NCBI RefSeq assembly: GCF_000018105.1
Contig: NC_009925.1
Span: 330,001 to 362,000 of the forward strand
DNA: 32,000 nt
Direction: 5' to 3'
From: Acaryochloris marina MBIC11017
GTDB lineage: Bacteria; Cyanobacteriota; Cyanobacteriia; Thermosynechococcales; Thermosynechococcaceae
Under the pieces are notes generated by a model. The model saw only the letters and a list, made by a program, of their open reading frames with translations, was not told the origin of the DNA and did not search any database. The position numbers and the translations under genes are program-made. Positions 9,656 to 19,789 of this stretch are shown in pieces. Position 1 is the first letter of the stretch. Every line of letters starts with the position of its first letter.

Positions 9656-10600
9656 TTAAGTAATTACTTTCAAGTAAGTTGAACTAGGGAAATGGAATTG
9701 TTCTTGCTTATTTAAAGAATCATAGGAGTTTAAGCCTTCATCATTAGATGCTGGCTTATATTTAGTCAAGAATTGAGCAAGAACTGTAGGACATGAATAA
9801 TGCAACATTGACAGTGAAGCACAAATTTTAAACCTATTATTACCAACAAGAAATGCATGAAGTAAAACTGATTCATGCTGAAAAAAAAGAGCTGAGTCTA
9901 GAATATTCCTATCATAATCATAGGGAAATTTAATATCATGGAAATGAACCCATGCTCCTTTCTTTAATCTGGGTAGCATTTCTAGAATAATACGACTAAC
10001 TTCACCAGAAGGACCAAGAGTATGAGTAGAATCAACAAAGAAAAGAACATCACTATCAAGTTTTTCGATATTGATAGGACAATATGATTGAGCCTTTTCA
10101 TTAATCAATGTAATTCTCCCTTGCCTCTCAATTTCGCGTAAATAATTATTTGGATATGGTTCAACACAAATAATTTCAGGAGCATAGCAAGCATAATTTG
10201 CTGCCTTAAGGCAAACAGCAGTTGAAACACCACATCCAATTTGAAATATTTGCTTAGGTTGATGCTTTGAGATAAAGGCAAATAAAAAATCTGCCTCAAT
10301 AGGTCCAAATCCTACTTTATTATTTATTTTAGAAGCCTCACTATGAATATTATTACAATTTAAAAAATCAATTAATTGAGTATTAAAACAATCAGATACA
10401 AATGCTATTTGTTCTTGTGTGTCTATCCCATTCACCTCAATCATCGAATATGGAATTTTCCAATAGTTAGACTTTTTTAATTCATTAATATTAGGTATTT
10501 CAGAATAAAAATGATGCGGTAGTATATCGAAACCTAAATTTTGACCTAACTCAAATAAATTTCTTAATGTTTTTTTTCCAGCATCTTTCAATTTACCCAT
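9656..10600 (-). CDS. Probable class I SAM-dependent methyltransferase (Methyltransf_24-like)
   Basis: The G-rich motif is IFQIGCGVST. A later block reads VLFFVDSTHTLGPSGEV...LKKGAWVHFHDIKFPYDY, and the N-terminus reads DILPHHFYSEIP. The assignment comes from remembered family patterns only. Confidence 0.55.
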   Translation of the reverse strand: MGKLKDAGKKTLRNLFELGQNLGFDILPHHFYSEIPNINELKKSNYWKIPYSMIEVNGIDTQEQIAFVSDCFNTQLIDFLNCNNIHSEASKINNKVGFGPIEADFLFAFISKHQPKQIFQIGCGVSTAVCLKAANYACYAPEIICVEPYPNNYLREIERQGRITLINEKAQSYCPINIEKLDSDVLFFVDSTHTLGPSGEVSRIILEMLPRLKKGAWVHFHDIKFPYDYDRNILDSALFFQHESVLLHAFLVGNNRFKICASLSMLHYSCPTVLAQFLTKYKPASNDEGLNSYDSLNKQEQFHFPSSTYLKVIT

Positions 10601-11055
10601 TATTTATCTCCGGTTAATATTTTGCTGCCTATAAATATAAGAGAAAGTAAAATCCATAAAATTGTCTACTTTAACAAAATAGCTCTCTGCAATCGCCTAA
10701 TCACTTTAATCTGAGGTGCTATTTGCTTCGTAATAATTAATTTTGAGCTATACATGGTAGAATTATTTTTTTATCTAAAATAATAATAAAAACAAACACA
10801 ATCATAAGGAACTTGGATATAGCTAAACCAGCAAATCTGTGCTTTGCATAAGTATAAAGAATAAATTTAGTCAATAATATATGTCAGGATAATATTCAAA
10901 CTAATCTAATAATCCATTGCTCACACAAAGGTGATTTAAGTCAGAATAGCTACTGTGTTGGTTTCTATTCCTAGATTTATATCTAATCACAAGGCATATT
11001 ATCAAATATGTAAACTAAGAGTTTTTTAAGACTTTAGATCTCGAACTCACTCAAC

Positions 11056-12003
11056 TCAACTATAATCCTCGCGCCTCATTGACCAAGCTCGATCAATATT
11101 CGTCAAAATATTTTTTGAATATAACAAATAAACTATAATATTATAAAAAAAATCATTATATTTATAAGCAGAGTATATGTTAGGATTCAAAGTTGGCTTT
11201 GGGTTTTTATGATCGTATATTGAAAATAGTTTTCTTTTTTCAGTATTCTTTGCTCTTAGTTTTTTAGGATAAAAATGCGAAGTAAATGACTTTCTACTCT
11301 TAGAACTATCCTCACATAATAAAGCACCATGGATTAGATACGAATGCCAAAGGAGTATATCTCCTTTCTGCAAACTCATTATTTTCTTTTGTGCTTGTAA
11401 TTTATTTGAGACGTCAGTTACAGCGTTTAAATAATCATTATGTTGAGAATATTTTTTTCGATCAATTAATCCGTACTTATGAGAGCCAGGTATTACAAAG
11501 AAAGGCCCACTATCTTCATAAATATTTTCTAATGCATACCAGACTCCAATAAGATTTCCAGGTGGATCTGTATCTAAATACCAAGAATCTTGATGTTCAA
11601 TTGTACCTGTTGATTGGTCAAAAAACATATTTTGCCATGAAATATGCTCTTTTTCATCTGTCAAATTAGTCAAAGCTTGTGAAATGCAATTATCATAAAT
11701 ACATTCTTGTATCTTTAAACTAAACCTACTAAAAAATGCTAGACGACTTGCATCTTTCATTGACTCTTGGATAAAACCATATTGATTTAGTTTAGGGCGC
11801 ATACATACATGCGTAGACTGGGAAAAATACACAAATAATAAATTTCGTTTTATTGAATCAAGTTCTTCAATAAATGAATCAATAATATTATGACTAAGAA
11901 CATTTTTGATTACTACATATCCAAATTCATCAAAATACTCTTTTATTTCTTTTCTCTGACTTAAGGTAAATTTTCTTATTTTATTATTGCTTGATATTTG
12001 CAT
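11056..12003 (-). CDS. Phytanoyl-CoA dioxygenase (PhyH) family Fe(II)/2-oxoglutarate oxygenase
   Basis: The N-terminus FDEFGYVVIKNVL is followed by the facial triad H-x-D (EHQDSWYLD) and a distal His (LWHSYLIHGA). Confidence 0.8.
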   Translation of the reverse strand: MQISSNNKIRKFTLSQRKEIKEYFDEFGYVVIKNVLSHNIIDSFIEELDSIKRNLLFVYFSQSTHVCMRPKLNQYGFIQESMKDASRLAFFSRFSLKIQECIYDNCISQALTNLTDEKEHISWQNMFFDQSTGTIEHQDSWYLDTDPPGNLIGVWYALENIYEDSGPFFVIPGSHKYGLIDRKKYSQHNDYLNAVTDVSNKLQAQKKIMSLQKGDILLWHSYLIHGALLCEDSSKSRKSFTSHFYPKKLRAKNTEKRKLFSIYDHKNPKPTLNPNIYSAYKYNDFFYNIIVYLLYSKNILTNIDRAWSMRREDYS

Positions 12004-12071
12004 TCTAAAACCTCATTTTTTATTAAAATATAAGCTGATAATAAATCAATCTATAAAATTCTTGCTTTTCT

Positions 12072-12791
12072 ACGCATTGAAACTACAAAGTTTACTGATT
12101 GATTGTAAGTGTTTCTTTTCTAGATTAAAGTTCTTGTTCACTTCAGCATGAACGTATCTACATAGCAGTTTGATACTAGATGATAATGCTTCAAATATTC
12201 TTCCAGTGATATTACTCGTGCTCCAGGCTAGGTAACCAATGACCCATGAAGGTTTCCCCCAATATCATTTCTCTAACACTCAATACTCTTGATAAAGATA
12301 TCTTGATACTCGCTCTTACAACCTCTTGTTTATGTCACTGAGCAATTTCTATGGGGGATACTCCTTCAGCATGTGAACTGACCTCCACTTTTAATATGCA
12401 GATATCCTCTACTTCGTATATTCAAATAGTTAATTATCAGTATTATAATTAACTATCAGTATTATTTTTTTACTCCGCATTCGAGCATTTGATAGCATTA
12501 TTAGGCGGCCTTGACTAGACCTCTTGCATAATTCAGCTATCGATATGTTACTTGACTAAAAAAAATCAGAGCAGATCTCAGCATTTATTGAGTAAGTAGC
12601 ACATCATGAAACAAATATTGCAAGAGGTCTACTATATTAATTGTTAACTGGGTGGTGGTATGATTTTCCCGACGACTCTCGATTCTAGACTCTTAATGCT
12701 ACCTCTCCATCCTGTATTAAAGATGTTTAGCAACTAAAGTCTTGTACAGTAAAGTGCGTAGTTTTTGGCTAGTGTGCTTAGGATAATAAAA
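12072..12791 (-). mobile_element. Decayed second copy of the IS200-like element (no intact ORF)
   Basis: It aligns by eye to 8950-9557 in the same orientation, for example cagcatgaacgtatcta, ttttaatatgc-gatatcctct and ggtatgatt..cc.acgac..ctcga. The right end ...gcgtagttttt-ggctagtgtgcttaggataataaaa also matches. It carries many substitutions, a small internal duplication and an insertion of about 120 nt. Confidence 0.7.
12516..12631. repeat. Nested insertion bounded by 13-bp perfect inverted repeats
   Basis: The arms are tagacctcttgca (12516-12528) and tgcaagaggtcta (12619-12631). This segment is absent from the corresponding position of IS200 copy 1. No clear target duplication was found. 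Confidence 0.4.
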
Positions 12792-12941
12792 TGCTTATTG
12801 TAGAAAAACTAAATGTAAATAATGCTAAAAAAAGTTACATTGACTAGATATTTTAAGACTGGCTATATCTGTTTGATTTTAGCTATTACTAAAAGTTCCT
12901 TAAAAAATCTTCAGAAAGAAATTATTCTACTAAAATTAGAA

Positions 12942-13808
12942 TTATTTAGTTATTGATTTATTCATGTTTAGTTCATTAACCTTAAGAAGAATAATATATT
13001 CATAAAAACATTGAAGTAGCGCATAGGTGAAACCAGATCTACCATCTAGAAATCCACATTTAAAAAAATATAAAATAATAAATTTAATTAATGGCCTTGC
13101 TGGCAACTTATAAAAAATTTTTTTTTGGTAAAATCGCCTAACTTGTTTACTTTCGGAGAAGATAGCTTTAGATAGACTAATTCCTTCTTTGTTTAACTGA
13201 CTTTCATAAATTTCTCTTGACTCAAATGAGCTATATTTGTTATGCCGATTTATCCAGTGGTTAATACCTTTACTGAAAGGGTAATGATCAAGGTATCCAG
13301 TAAGTTCACCTGTCTGACCATCAACGATGGTAACAGGATTTATAAGTCTTTCAAAGTGAATTTTATCTGGTTGAAAGAGTCGTATATAAAAACGTGTATT
13401 TTGAACATGTTTTAACCAAGTTCCTTGAAAAAAATCTCTACGCTGTATTCTGTAAGCAACAAAAGGTATATTAACTTCAACTTTTACTGAAATTCCAATT
13501 TCCTCAGCCAATTCAGCTGTTACTCGCTCGTCTGCATCAATTTGGAGAACCCATTGGTATTGAAATGAAATATTTCTAAGCCCCCAGTTTCGATATTCAG
13601 ACTCATTACCTCCAAACAAAATATTGTGGGAGAAAGAAGGATTCTTTATTACATTTGCCCCATATTCATTGGCAATAGCTACTGTCTTATCTGATGAGTA
13701 TGCGTCATAAACATAAATATCATCTGACCAAGTGACTGATTCCAAACAACCAGATAGATCTTTTTCCTCATTTTTGGTTAAGATTAAAATTGATACTGGA
13801 ATTTTCAT
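12942..13808 (-). CDS. Family 2 glycosyltransferase
   Basis: The N-terminus reads VSILILTKNEEKDLSGCLESV...YVYDAYSSDKT, and a D-x-D-like QIDADERV motif is present. Confidence 0.85.
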   Translation of the reverse strand: MKIPVSILILTKNEEKDLSGCLESVTWSDDIYVYDAYSSDKTVAIANEYGANVIKNPSFSHNILFGGNESEYRNWGLRNISFQYQWVLQIDADERVTAELAEEIGISVKVEVNIPFVAYRIQRRDFFQGTWLKHVQNTRFYIRLFQPDKIHFERLINPVTIVDGQTGELTGYLDHYPFSKGINHWINRHNKYSSFESREIYESQLNKEGISLSKAIFSESKQVRRFYQKKIFYKLPARPLIKFIILYFFKCGFLDGRSGFTYALLQCFYEYIILLKVNELNMNKSITK

Positions 13809-13813
13809 ATGTT

Positions 13814-14377
13814 TTAATTTTGTGCTGAATTTTTGCGCTTTTTTAGAGGCTTACAGGGATTACCAACACAAACAGTCCAATCAGGCATATTTTTCGTCAC
13901 TACTGATCTAGCTCCAATAACAGCACCTTCTCCAATAGCAACTCCTGGGCAGATAAAGCTTTCACTACAAACCCATGTGTGGCTTGAGATTTCAATTGGC
14001 AAAGCACATAATTGCATATTTTGACTTTCATAATCACGTGTGCCAGTACATAGGGTAGTTCCTTGAGAGATAATTACTTTGTTTCCAAGATAAATTTTAG
14101 CTATTGAATAACAATTAACATATTCTCCCAAACAAGCATGGTCAGACATCTGTAAATTCCAAGGAGCCCAAATTTTTACAGAAGGATAAACATGGCAGTT
14201 ATTTCCTATCTTTGCTCCAAAACATCTTAATAAAAAGGATCTCCAACTATGTGACATACGTGGAGAAAACCTAAATAACAAAATATATACAATATTCCAG
14301 ATAAGTCGATAAATACGATTTAATAATGAAAAGCTTGCTTGGTTATAGGGATCTTGTACTTGCAATATAGATGACAT
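13814..14377 (-). CDS. Hexapeptide-repeat O-acetyltransferase (WcaF-like)
   Basis: The N-terminus reads WRSFLLRCFGAKIGNNCHVYPSVKIWAPWNL, followed by LbH repeats, and the C-terminus reads GARSVVTKNMPDWTVCVGNPCKPLKKR. Confidence 0.85.
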   Translation of the reverse strand: MSSILQVQDPYNQASFSLLNRIYRLIWNIVYILLFRFSPRMSHSWRSFLLRCFGAKIGNNCHVYPSVKIWAPWNLQMSDHACLGEYVNCYSIAKIYLGNKVIISQGTTLCTGTRDYESQNMQLCALPIEISSHTWVCSESFICPGVAIGEGAVIGARSVVTKNMPDWTVCVGNPCKPLKKRKNSAQN

Positions 14378-14479
14378 AATGCAACACTATTGAATACAAC
14401 ACTGATTTAATTTGGAGAGGAAATAAACCTTTAATCGATTTATTTTTTGCACAAAATATAAATTCTATCTTCATCGTCT

Positions 14480-15375
14480 TTACTGCTCAAAGTTATCACC
14501 GCTCAAAAACCATTTAGAAATTATTTTTAGATTGAATAATTTATATACACCCCGAATATCAGTACCTAAGACTTTCTTTAAATCAAATACTTCAGAGGTT
14601 TTTTTTCTTATTCTAAGGACCTTGGATACAACATTCCGAACCAAAACTTTCCATAGTGTAGGCGAGATTGATTTTATCGGTACCAAACCATCAATTGATT
14701 CAAGTGTATTCAGCAAAGTTTTATGAGAAAAATGGCTAATATGAGAATGTGGTATCCATTTTGGGAAAGCAGGTTCAAGAGGGTTTACCATATGACTATT
14801 AAAATTATCGGGCATTATTAAGAGATAGCCACCAGATCTAACATATTCAGCCATCTTCGAAATAAATTTCTTCGGATTTTCAATATGCTCGATAACTTCA
14901 AATGAGGTTACTAAATCAAATCCTTTCTTATGAAGGTTCGATAGCTGAAAGTTGTATTAATGACATTCTGATGTAACACCTCGCATGCATAGGTAGATTC
15001 TTCTCTAGATAATTCGACACCTGAAACCTTTATTTTACTATAACGTTTGACTAGCTTTTCTAGCAGAAGACCATAACCAGTTCCAACGTCAAGTAATGAA
15101 TCAATTTTAGTTATATCTAAAAGCGTTTCTAGCGCAATTAGGTTGACTTTAGAATTAACAATTTGGCCTTGTAGATGTCTATTACTACCAAAATTATCCT
15201 CATAATAAGCTTTTAAATCATGTTCAGATAAAATCTTACTTGAAAACTTAAATTTGCAGTCATTGCACTTGACCACTGGTATTTCAGGAAATTGAATATA
15301 ATCTTCCAAGTTACTTGACTGACAAAGTGAGCATTTACTCCGAGCAATTAAATTTCTTGATAGAGTTTTATTCAT
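14480..15375 (-). pseudogene. Zn-ribbon + class I SAM methyltransferase, frameshifted
   Basis: ORF 14911-15375 has CSLCQS...CNDCKF and motif I LLDVGTGYGLL. The family continuation (GFDLVTSFEVIEHIENPKKFISKMAEYVRSGGYLLI) is in another frame that is open from 14956 downward. The lesion therefore lies within 14911-14956. Confidence 0.75.
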
Positions 15376-15496
15376 TTCAATATTAAAGTCTAAACAATAT
15401 TTTAAATTAAAAACTATTCTTTATTTTTAAGAAATTCAAGAAAAAATTTTATTTATACAAATATCTAAATTTTCTTGGTACCAAAATTATTGAAAT

Positions 15497-15537
15497 TTAG
15501 TCTTTAATTTTAGTTTTTACATAAACATAAAGACTAA
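15497..15537 (-). terminator. 10-bp inverted repeat downstream of a GT4 gene (weak terminator candidate)
   Basis: The arms are ttagtcttta (15497-15506) and taaagactaa (15528-15537), separated by a 21-nt loop. The stem is AT-rich, there is no clean U-tract, and it sits in a 203-nt intergenic gap. Confidence 0.25.
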
Positions 15538-15578
15538 AATAGGTTACAAAAAAATAATTATCAGAGAATCAGTAAAAA

Positions 15579-16784
15579 TTAATTCATGGAGAGAGAATTT
15601 TTCTTTTTATGGACATCAAATACTGTATTTTCCAAAATATCAACTAGATTGAGGGCTGCACGATTTACTTGAAATCTTTTAGTAAAACAATTTTCAGCAT
15701 TTATACTCATTAAATCTTGTTGTGAAGAAAGAAGCTCAATCCATCTTTTAAAAAGTTTAACAGTGCCTTCAAATGTATCTTCTTCAACAAAACCTGCTTG
15801 ATCTGCAACGATTTCACGCCAAATATTGACCTTATTTGAAATGAGTACAGGTAGTCGACAGGCTAAGGCTTCGGCAACTACAATACCAAAATTTTCTTGA
15901 TGGGAAGGAAGAATAAAGACTTCTGCTGTTCTAAAAGCTCCCCACTTTAGATCTCCTTGTAGCATTCCAGTCCAGGTAATATTCTGCTCAATACCGAGCT
16001 GTTTAGCAAGACTCTGCAAGTTCGATTGCCAACCTGTCTGATCCGGTCCAGCAATCACTAAATGTAAGTTTGGATCGGTTTGGGCAATTTGTGAAAATGC
16101 TTTGATAAGTATGTCACAGCCTTTTTTCGGATGAATACGACTAAGAAAGAGAACGATTCGTTTGGAGCGAAGTTCTGGAAATCGTTCAAGATAGTACTGT
16201 ATTTGTCGATAAGCATCTTCAGGAGGGGAAGCAGTTCCATAGTTAACGACAATTTCATTGCATTGATAGAGTTCAAAGGATTGTCGGGCTAAAATTTTTT
16301 CTGTTTCACTGGTAAAGAATACTGCCTTTGCATCTCGGAGTATACGATATTCAGCCCAAGGCCAATACAACCATTTTTTGAGATGTTTTAGCGGATAAGC
16401 ATGTTTAAACCAAGGGTCCAACATGCCGTGGGTGAACACAAAGTATGGTGGAGTAGTTTTCTGATTTTGTTCAAGCCATTTCAATGCTCGCCAAACTCCA
16501 AACCCAGAATACTGCCAAATTCCCCTTACAATAATGCAATCATAGAGATGGGCATTTAGTTTGAGCCAAGGTACAAGATGTTTTGAATATCGATATGACG
16601 TGTAAGATGGCCCCAAAGCATGTAATTTCAGTGGAAAGTCTTTAACATACTGGGTTGGTGCGTCTAGGCTAGCGACTTCAACGGAATGTCCAAGCTCTTC
16701 TAAACAACGTCCTGATTGCTTAAGATTCTCAATTGGCCCCCCACCAGCTGGGTTAATTGAAGAAATTACATTCAGAATTTTCAT
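15579..16784 (-). CDS. GT4-family glycosyltransferase
   Basis: The N-terminus reads MKILNVISSINPAGGGP, and the E-x7-E region reads PSHQENFGIVVAEALACRLPVLIS. Confidence 0.9.
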   Translation of the reverse strand: MKILNVISSINPAGGGPIENLKQSGRCLEELGHSVEVASLDAPTQYVKDFPLKLHALGPSYTSYRYSKHLVPWLKLNAHLYDCIIVRGIWQYSGFGVWRALKWLEQNQKTTPPYFVFTHGMLDPWFKHAYPLKHLKKWLYWPWAEYRILRDAKAVFFTSETEKILARQSFELYQCNEIVVNYGTASPPEDAYRQIQYYLERFPELRSKRIVLFLSRIHPKKGCDILIKAFSQIAQTDPNLHLVIAGPDQTGWQSNLQSLAKQLGIEQNITWTGMLQGDLKWGAFRTAEVFILPSHQENFGIVVAEALACRLPVLISNKVNIWREIVADQAGFVEEDTFEGTVKLFKRWIELLSSQQDLMSINAENCFTKRFQVNRAALNLVDILENTVFDVHKKKNSLSMN

Positions 16785-16826
16785 ATTTAAGTTTAACTAT
16801 TGAGCTGCTCTTTAGTGAACCTATAA

Positions 16827-18596
16827 TCAACCCAAGTTTGATGTGATGAGTGGTAAATTATTCTGATATAACAAAGAATCTATATTCCTTTCTTTGTTTA
16901 ATATTTGTGTTGGTATGGGATTAACCTCGTTAAATATTGACAAGATAACTTCAGACTGTAATTTTTCCATATGTTTTCCTGTCAATGATACATTTTTGAG
17001 CGACATCTTCGATCTCATTATCCACCTAGGCAATAAGTCTTGGCATGCAATTTCCAGCAAAGATCGATCCCAGGACATTAGATAGAATGCTTCTGGAATT
17101 CTTAGTAAAAGTTCAAGAAGTCGATGGTCAAATAACGGTAGTTTTGTTTCTATCCCAACTATTCGTTCCATTTGATCAATGTCCCGCAATAGAAACGGCT
17201 CTACATATCCAAACAAATCGTTCCAAAAGATTCTTGGTAAAAATTGTGTAAGTCGACACGATGGGGGCTTTGGCCAATCAAGAGCCTGTAAATTGGTCGT
17301 TTTTAACTCTGCATTAGTGGCAAGGCGATGGCCTGCCAAGAGGAGATGCCACGCATCTAACCAAGGAGCATCTTCAGCCATAGAAAATAAACGGGAATTC
17401 ATTACCTGCATAACCTTTGGCCACAATTCAAAAACTCTTAATCTGGCAAGTCGTGCCATCAAAACTAATCCACTTAGGTGAACTCCTAATGCTTTTTGAC
17501 TTTCAAAACCAAACATTATCGTTTGGACACCTGATCGCTTTAATGCATTTCCAATCACACAACTATGAGCAGCTTGGAAACTTGGTAATTCTAGAGTCTT
17601 AATAGCCTTAGTAAAAAATTCGATATATTCTTTACTACTGATATAAATTTCTTGATGAAATGCTCCGATGTGGTTTGCAAAATCCGTAATACCATTTTTT
17701 GGTATAGAAGAGTCTTGGATATGTACTGAGAATGTTTTAATTGGCTTAGAACTATGCTGAGCAGCAAGAGCTGCAACGATTTTGGAGCTGGAATCGTTCG
17801 TGAGCAAGCAATTAATAGGTCTATCACTGGAAATATGTTCTTGAATTACTCGCTCAAGTTCTTGCCGAATCAGCTTCACCGCATCACGACGTCGTTTGAT
17901 AGGTAAAGGAGTCCAATCTGGTCGGGGAGACGGGGGCCACCAACGCAAAAAAGTTGGCGAAGAGTCAGGTCCAATTCTCATAAGGGTTCCAGGAGGAAGA
18001 GGGTAAATCCCCTCACCTAATTCACCTTCCATTGGATAGTATCCAAAACTAAGATAATGGCTAACACAGGAAGGTGCTAGTTTAAGCTTATCCTGGAATA
18101 ATTGACGTACATTAGAAGAAAAACACAGCTTCGTGTCTTGTTTTTGCCACCAAAGAGATTTAACACCAAGGCGATCTCGAGCCAGTAGCAACTGTCTAGT
18201 CTCAGTATCGTAGAAAGCAAAGGCAAAGACTCCTCTCAGGTCAACTAAGAGTGAAGTATTTCGTTGAGCTAAGCCTTCAACCAGAGTTTCAACATCACTA
18301 TTTCCCTTCCAGATCTGATTCCGAAGTCCTCGACGAATTTCTAAATGATTATTGATGTGTCCACTAAAGACAAGTACATACCGACCACAATGGGACCGAA
18401 TAGGCTGAGATGCAACATCGTTCTGTTGATTTGATAAGTTTCGACTGTATTGAAGCCAGCAGTAGCGATCTTGACTAGTCCAAGAAGATTCTCCAGGAAT
18501 CCTACTCTTGTATGATGAATTCTTACATGATGAATAAGTTAAAGGTGATGAATGGACTTCTTCCTCTATAGATAAACAACCCGTAATCTCAGACAT
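16827..18596 (-). CDS. Asparagine synthase (AsnB)-like protein with degenerate glutaminase and PP-loop motifs
   Basis: AsnB-like blocks are present: LARDRLGVKSLWW, TFSVHIQD and LLRDIDQMERIVGIETKLPLFD. The start is taken at ATG 18596 (MSEITG...), 5 nt after the upstream stop; the ORF-track start at 18638 would overlap that gene by 37 nt. Confidence 0.8.
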   Translation of the reverse strand: MSEITGCLSIEEEVHSSPLTYSSCKNSSYKSRIPGESSWTSQDRYCWLQYSRNLSNQQNDVASQPIRSHCGRYVLVFSGHINNHLEIRRGLRNQIWKGNSDVETLVEGLAQRNTSLLVDLRGVFAFAFYDTETRQLLLARDRLGVKSLWWQKQDTKLCFSSNVRQLFQDKLKLAPSCVSHYLSFGYYPMEGELGEGIYPLPPGTLMRIGPDSSPTFLRWWPPSPRPDWTPLPIKRRRDAVKLIRQELERVIQEHISSDRPINCLLTNDSSSKIVAALAAQHSSKPIKTFSVHIQDSSIPKNGITDFANHIGAFHQEIYISSKEYIEFFTKAIKTLELPSFQAAHSCVIGNALKRSGVQTIMFGFESQKALGVHLSGLVLMARLARLRVFELWPKVMQVMNSRLFSMAEDAPWLDAWHLLLAGHRLATNAELKTTNLQALDWPKPPSCRLTQFLPRIFWNDLFGYVEPFLLRDIDQMERIVGIETKLPLFDHRLLELLLRIPEAFYLMSWDRSLLEIACQDLLPRWIMRSKMSLKNVSLTGKHMEKLQSEVILSIFNEVNPIPTQILNKERNIDSLLYQNNLPLITSNLG

Positions 18597-18601
18597 ACGT
18601 T

Positions 18602-19789
18602 TTAACCTACTGCAATTCTTATTGCATCTTGGTAACATCGTTCATATTCAAGTAAAGAATGCTCAAGCGAGAAACGTCCTGCATGGTTGATCCTTTCTTT
18701 TTTCTTAGCCTCTTTTAAATCAGAAGGTATTGTTAAAACTTCTTGCAGCACATCGGCAGCTTGTTTAGCCCAATTCAATTGCTCATCTTCAGAATCAGGG
18801 TAGGTAGAGATGTAATTTGCAACATCTCCACCGACTTCAGTCATAGGTTGAGCATTCGTTGTAAGAACTGGACATCCGCAAGATAAAGCTTCTAACACTG
18901 GCCAACCAAAACCTTCAAATAAGGAAGGAAAAACAAGAGCTTCGGCTAGACTATACAAGGATTGCAATTGATTAAATGAAACATTCTGAAGAAAAATTAC
19001 CTTTGCACTCAACTGTGGATGATTATTGAGCCAAGCTAATAATTCTCTCGTAGGCTTACTAACCATTACCAAATAAATTTCTGGTTCCTTAAAAGCCAAC
19101 TGCTCAAATATTTGTAAAACACCTAATCGATTTTTATACCAGTTGCTGCCTATGTGTAAAATAAACTTTTTCCCTTCGCCACCTGTCCACAACCCCTTAA
19201 GCTCTGACCAAGAATTATGTGAAGGGAATGGCGTAAAAGGACTATTCAAAGGATTATAAACGACTTTTGAAAGCTCTGCAGGTGCTGGCAAAAAACGATG
19301 TAAATCAGTTTGAGTTGCATTTGATACTGAAACAAAACATTTCCCTTGCGAAAATCCCCAGCGAATCAGTTGCTGATACAAACGTCCCGTAAAACTAGGT
19401 TTATGGTGCAAAATTTCTCCCAATGAACCTCGTAATGCTAAGAAGTCATGACAATGGATAACATGGGGGCGGTTTTTGATAAAAGGTACCCATATGCCTA
19501 AAGCTTGGTCGCTTAACACCATCAAACTATTTGGTGGTAAATTTCTTTTACACCAGAGGATCAATAGAGGAAAAATCAGATATTGATCAATATAACCCAA
19601 CCACTTAAATAAGAACGGAACTGGTTTCCCTAAGGCTCCTACTATAACGGGAGGTTTCCAATATTCAACTGTATGGCCTCTCTTCTCCATTCCTTCAGCT
19701 ATAAGAGCAGAAAACTTCAACATACTTTTGCCATAATTGCTGTAGAGAGAGTAATGGATTAATAGGATAATATGCAACGGTTGAGTCAT
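18602..19789 (-). CDS. GT4-family glycosyltransferase
   Basis: The E-x7-E region reads FPSLFEGFGWPVLEALSCGCPVLTTN. The start abuts the upstream gene stop with no gap. Confidence 0.9.
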   Translation of the reverse strand: MTQPLHIILLIHYSLYSNYGKSMLKFSALIAEGMEKRGHTVEYWKPPVIVGALGKPVPFLFKWLGYIDQYLIFPLLILWCKRNLPPNSLMVLSDQALGIWVPFIKNRPHVIHCHDFLALRGSLGEILHHKPSFTGRLYQQLIRWGFSQGKCFVSVSNATQTDLHRFLPAPAELSKVVYNPLNSPFTPFPSHNSWSELKGLWTGGEGKKFILHIGSNWYKNRLGVLQIFEQLAFKEPEIYLVMVSKPTRELLAWLNNHPQLSAKVIFLQNVSFNQLQSLYSLAEALVFPSLFEGFGWPVLEALSCGCPVLTTNAQPMTEVGGDVANYISTYPDSEDEQLNWAKQAADVLQEVLTIPSDLKEAKKKERINHAGRFSLEHSLLEYERCYQDAIRIAVG

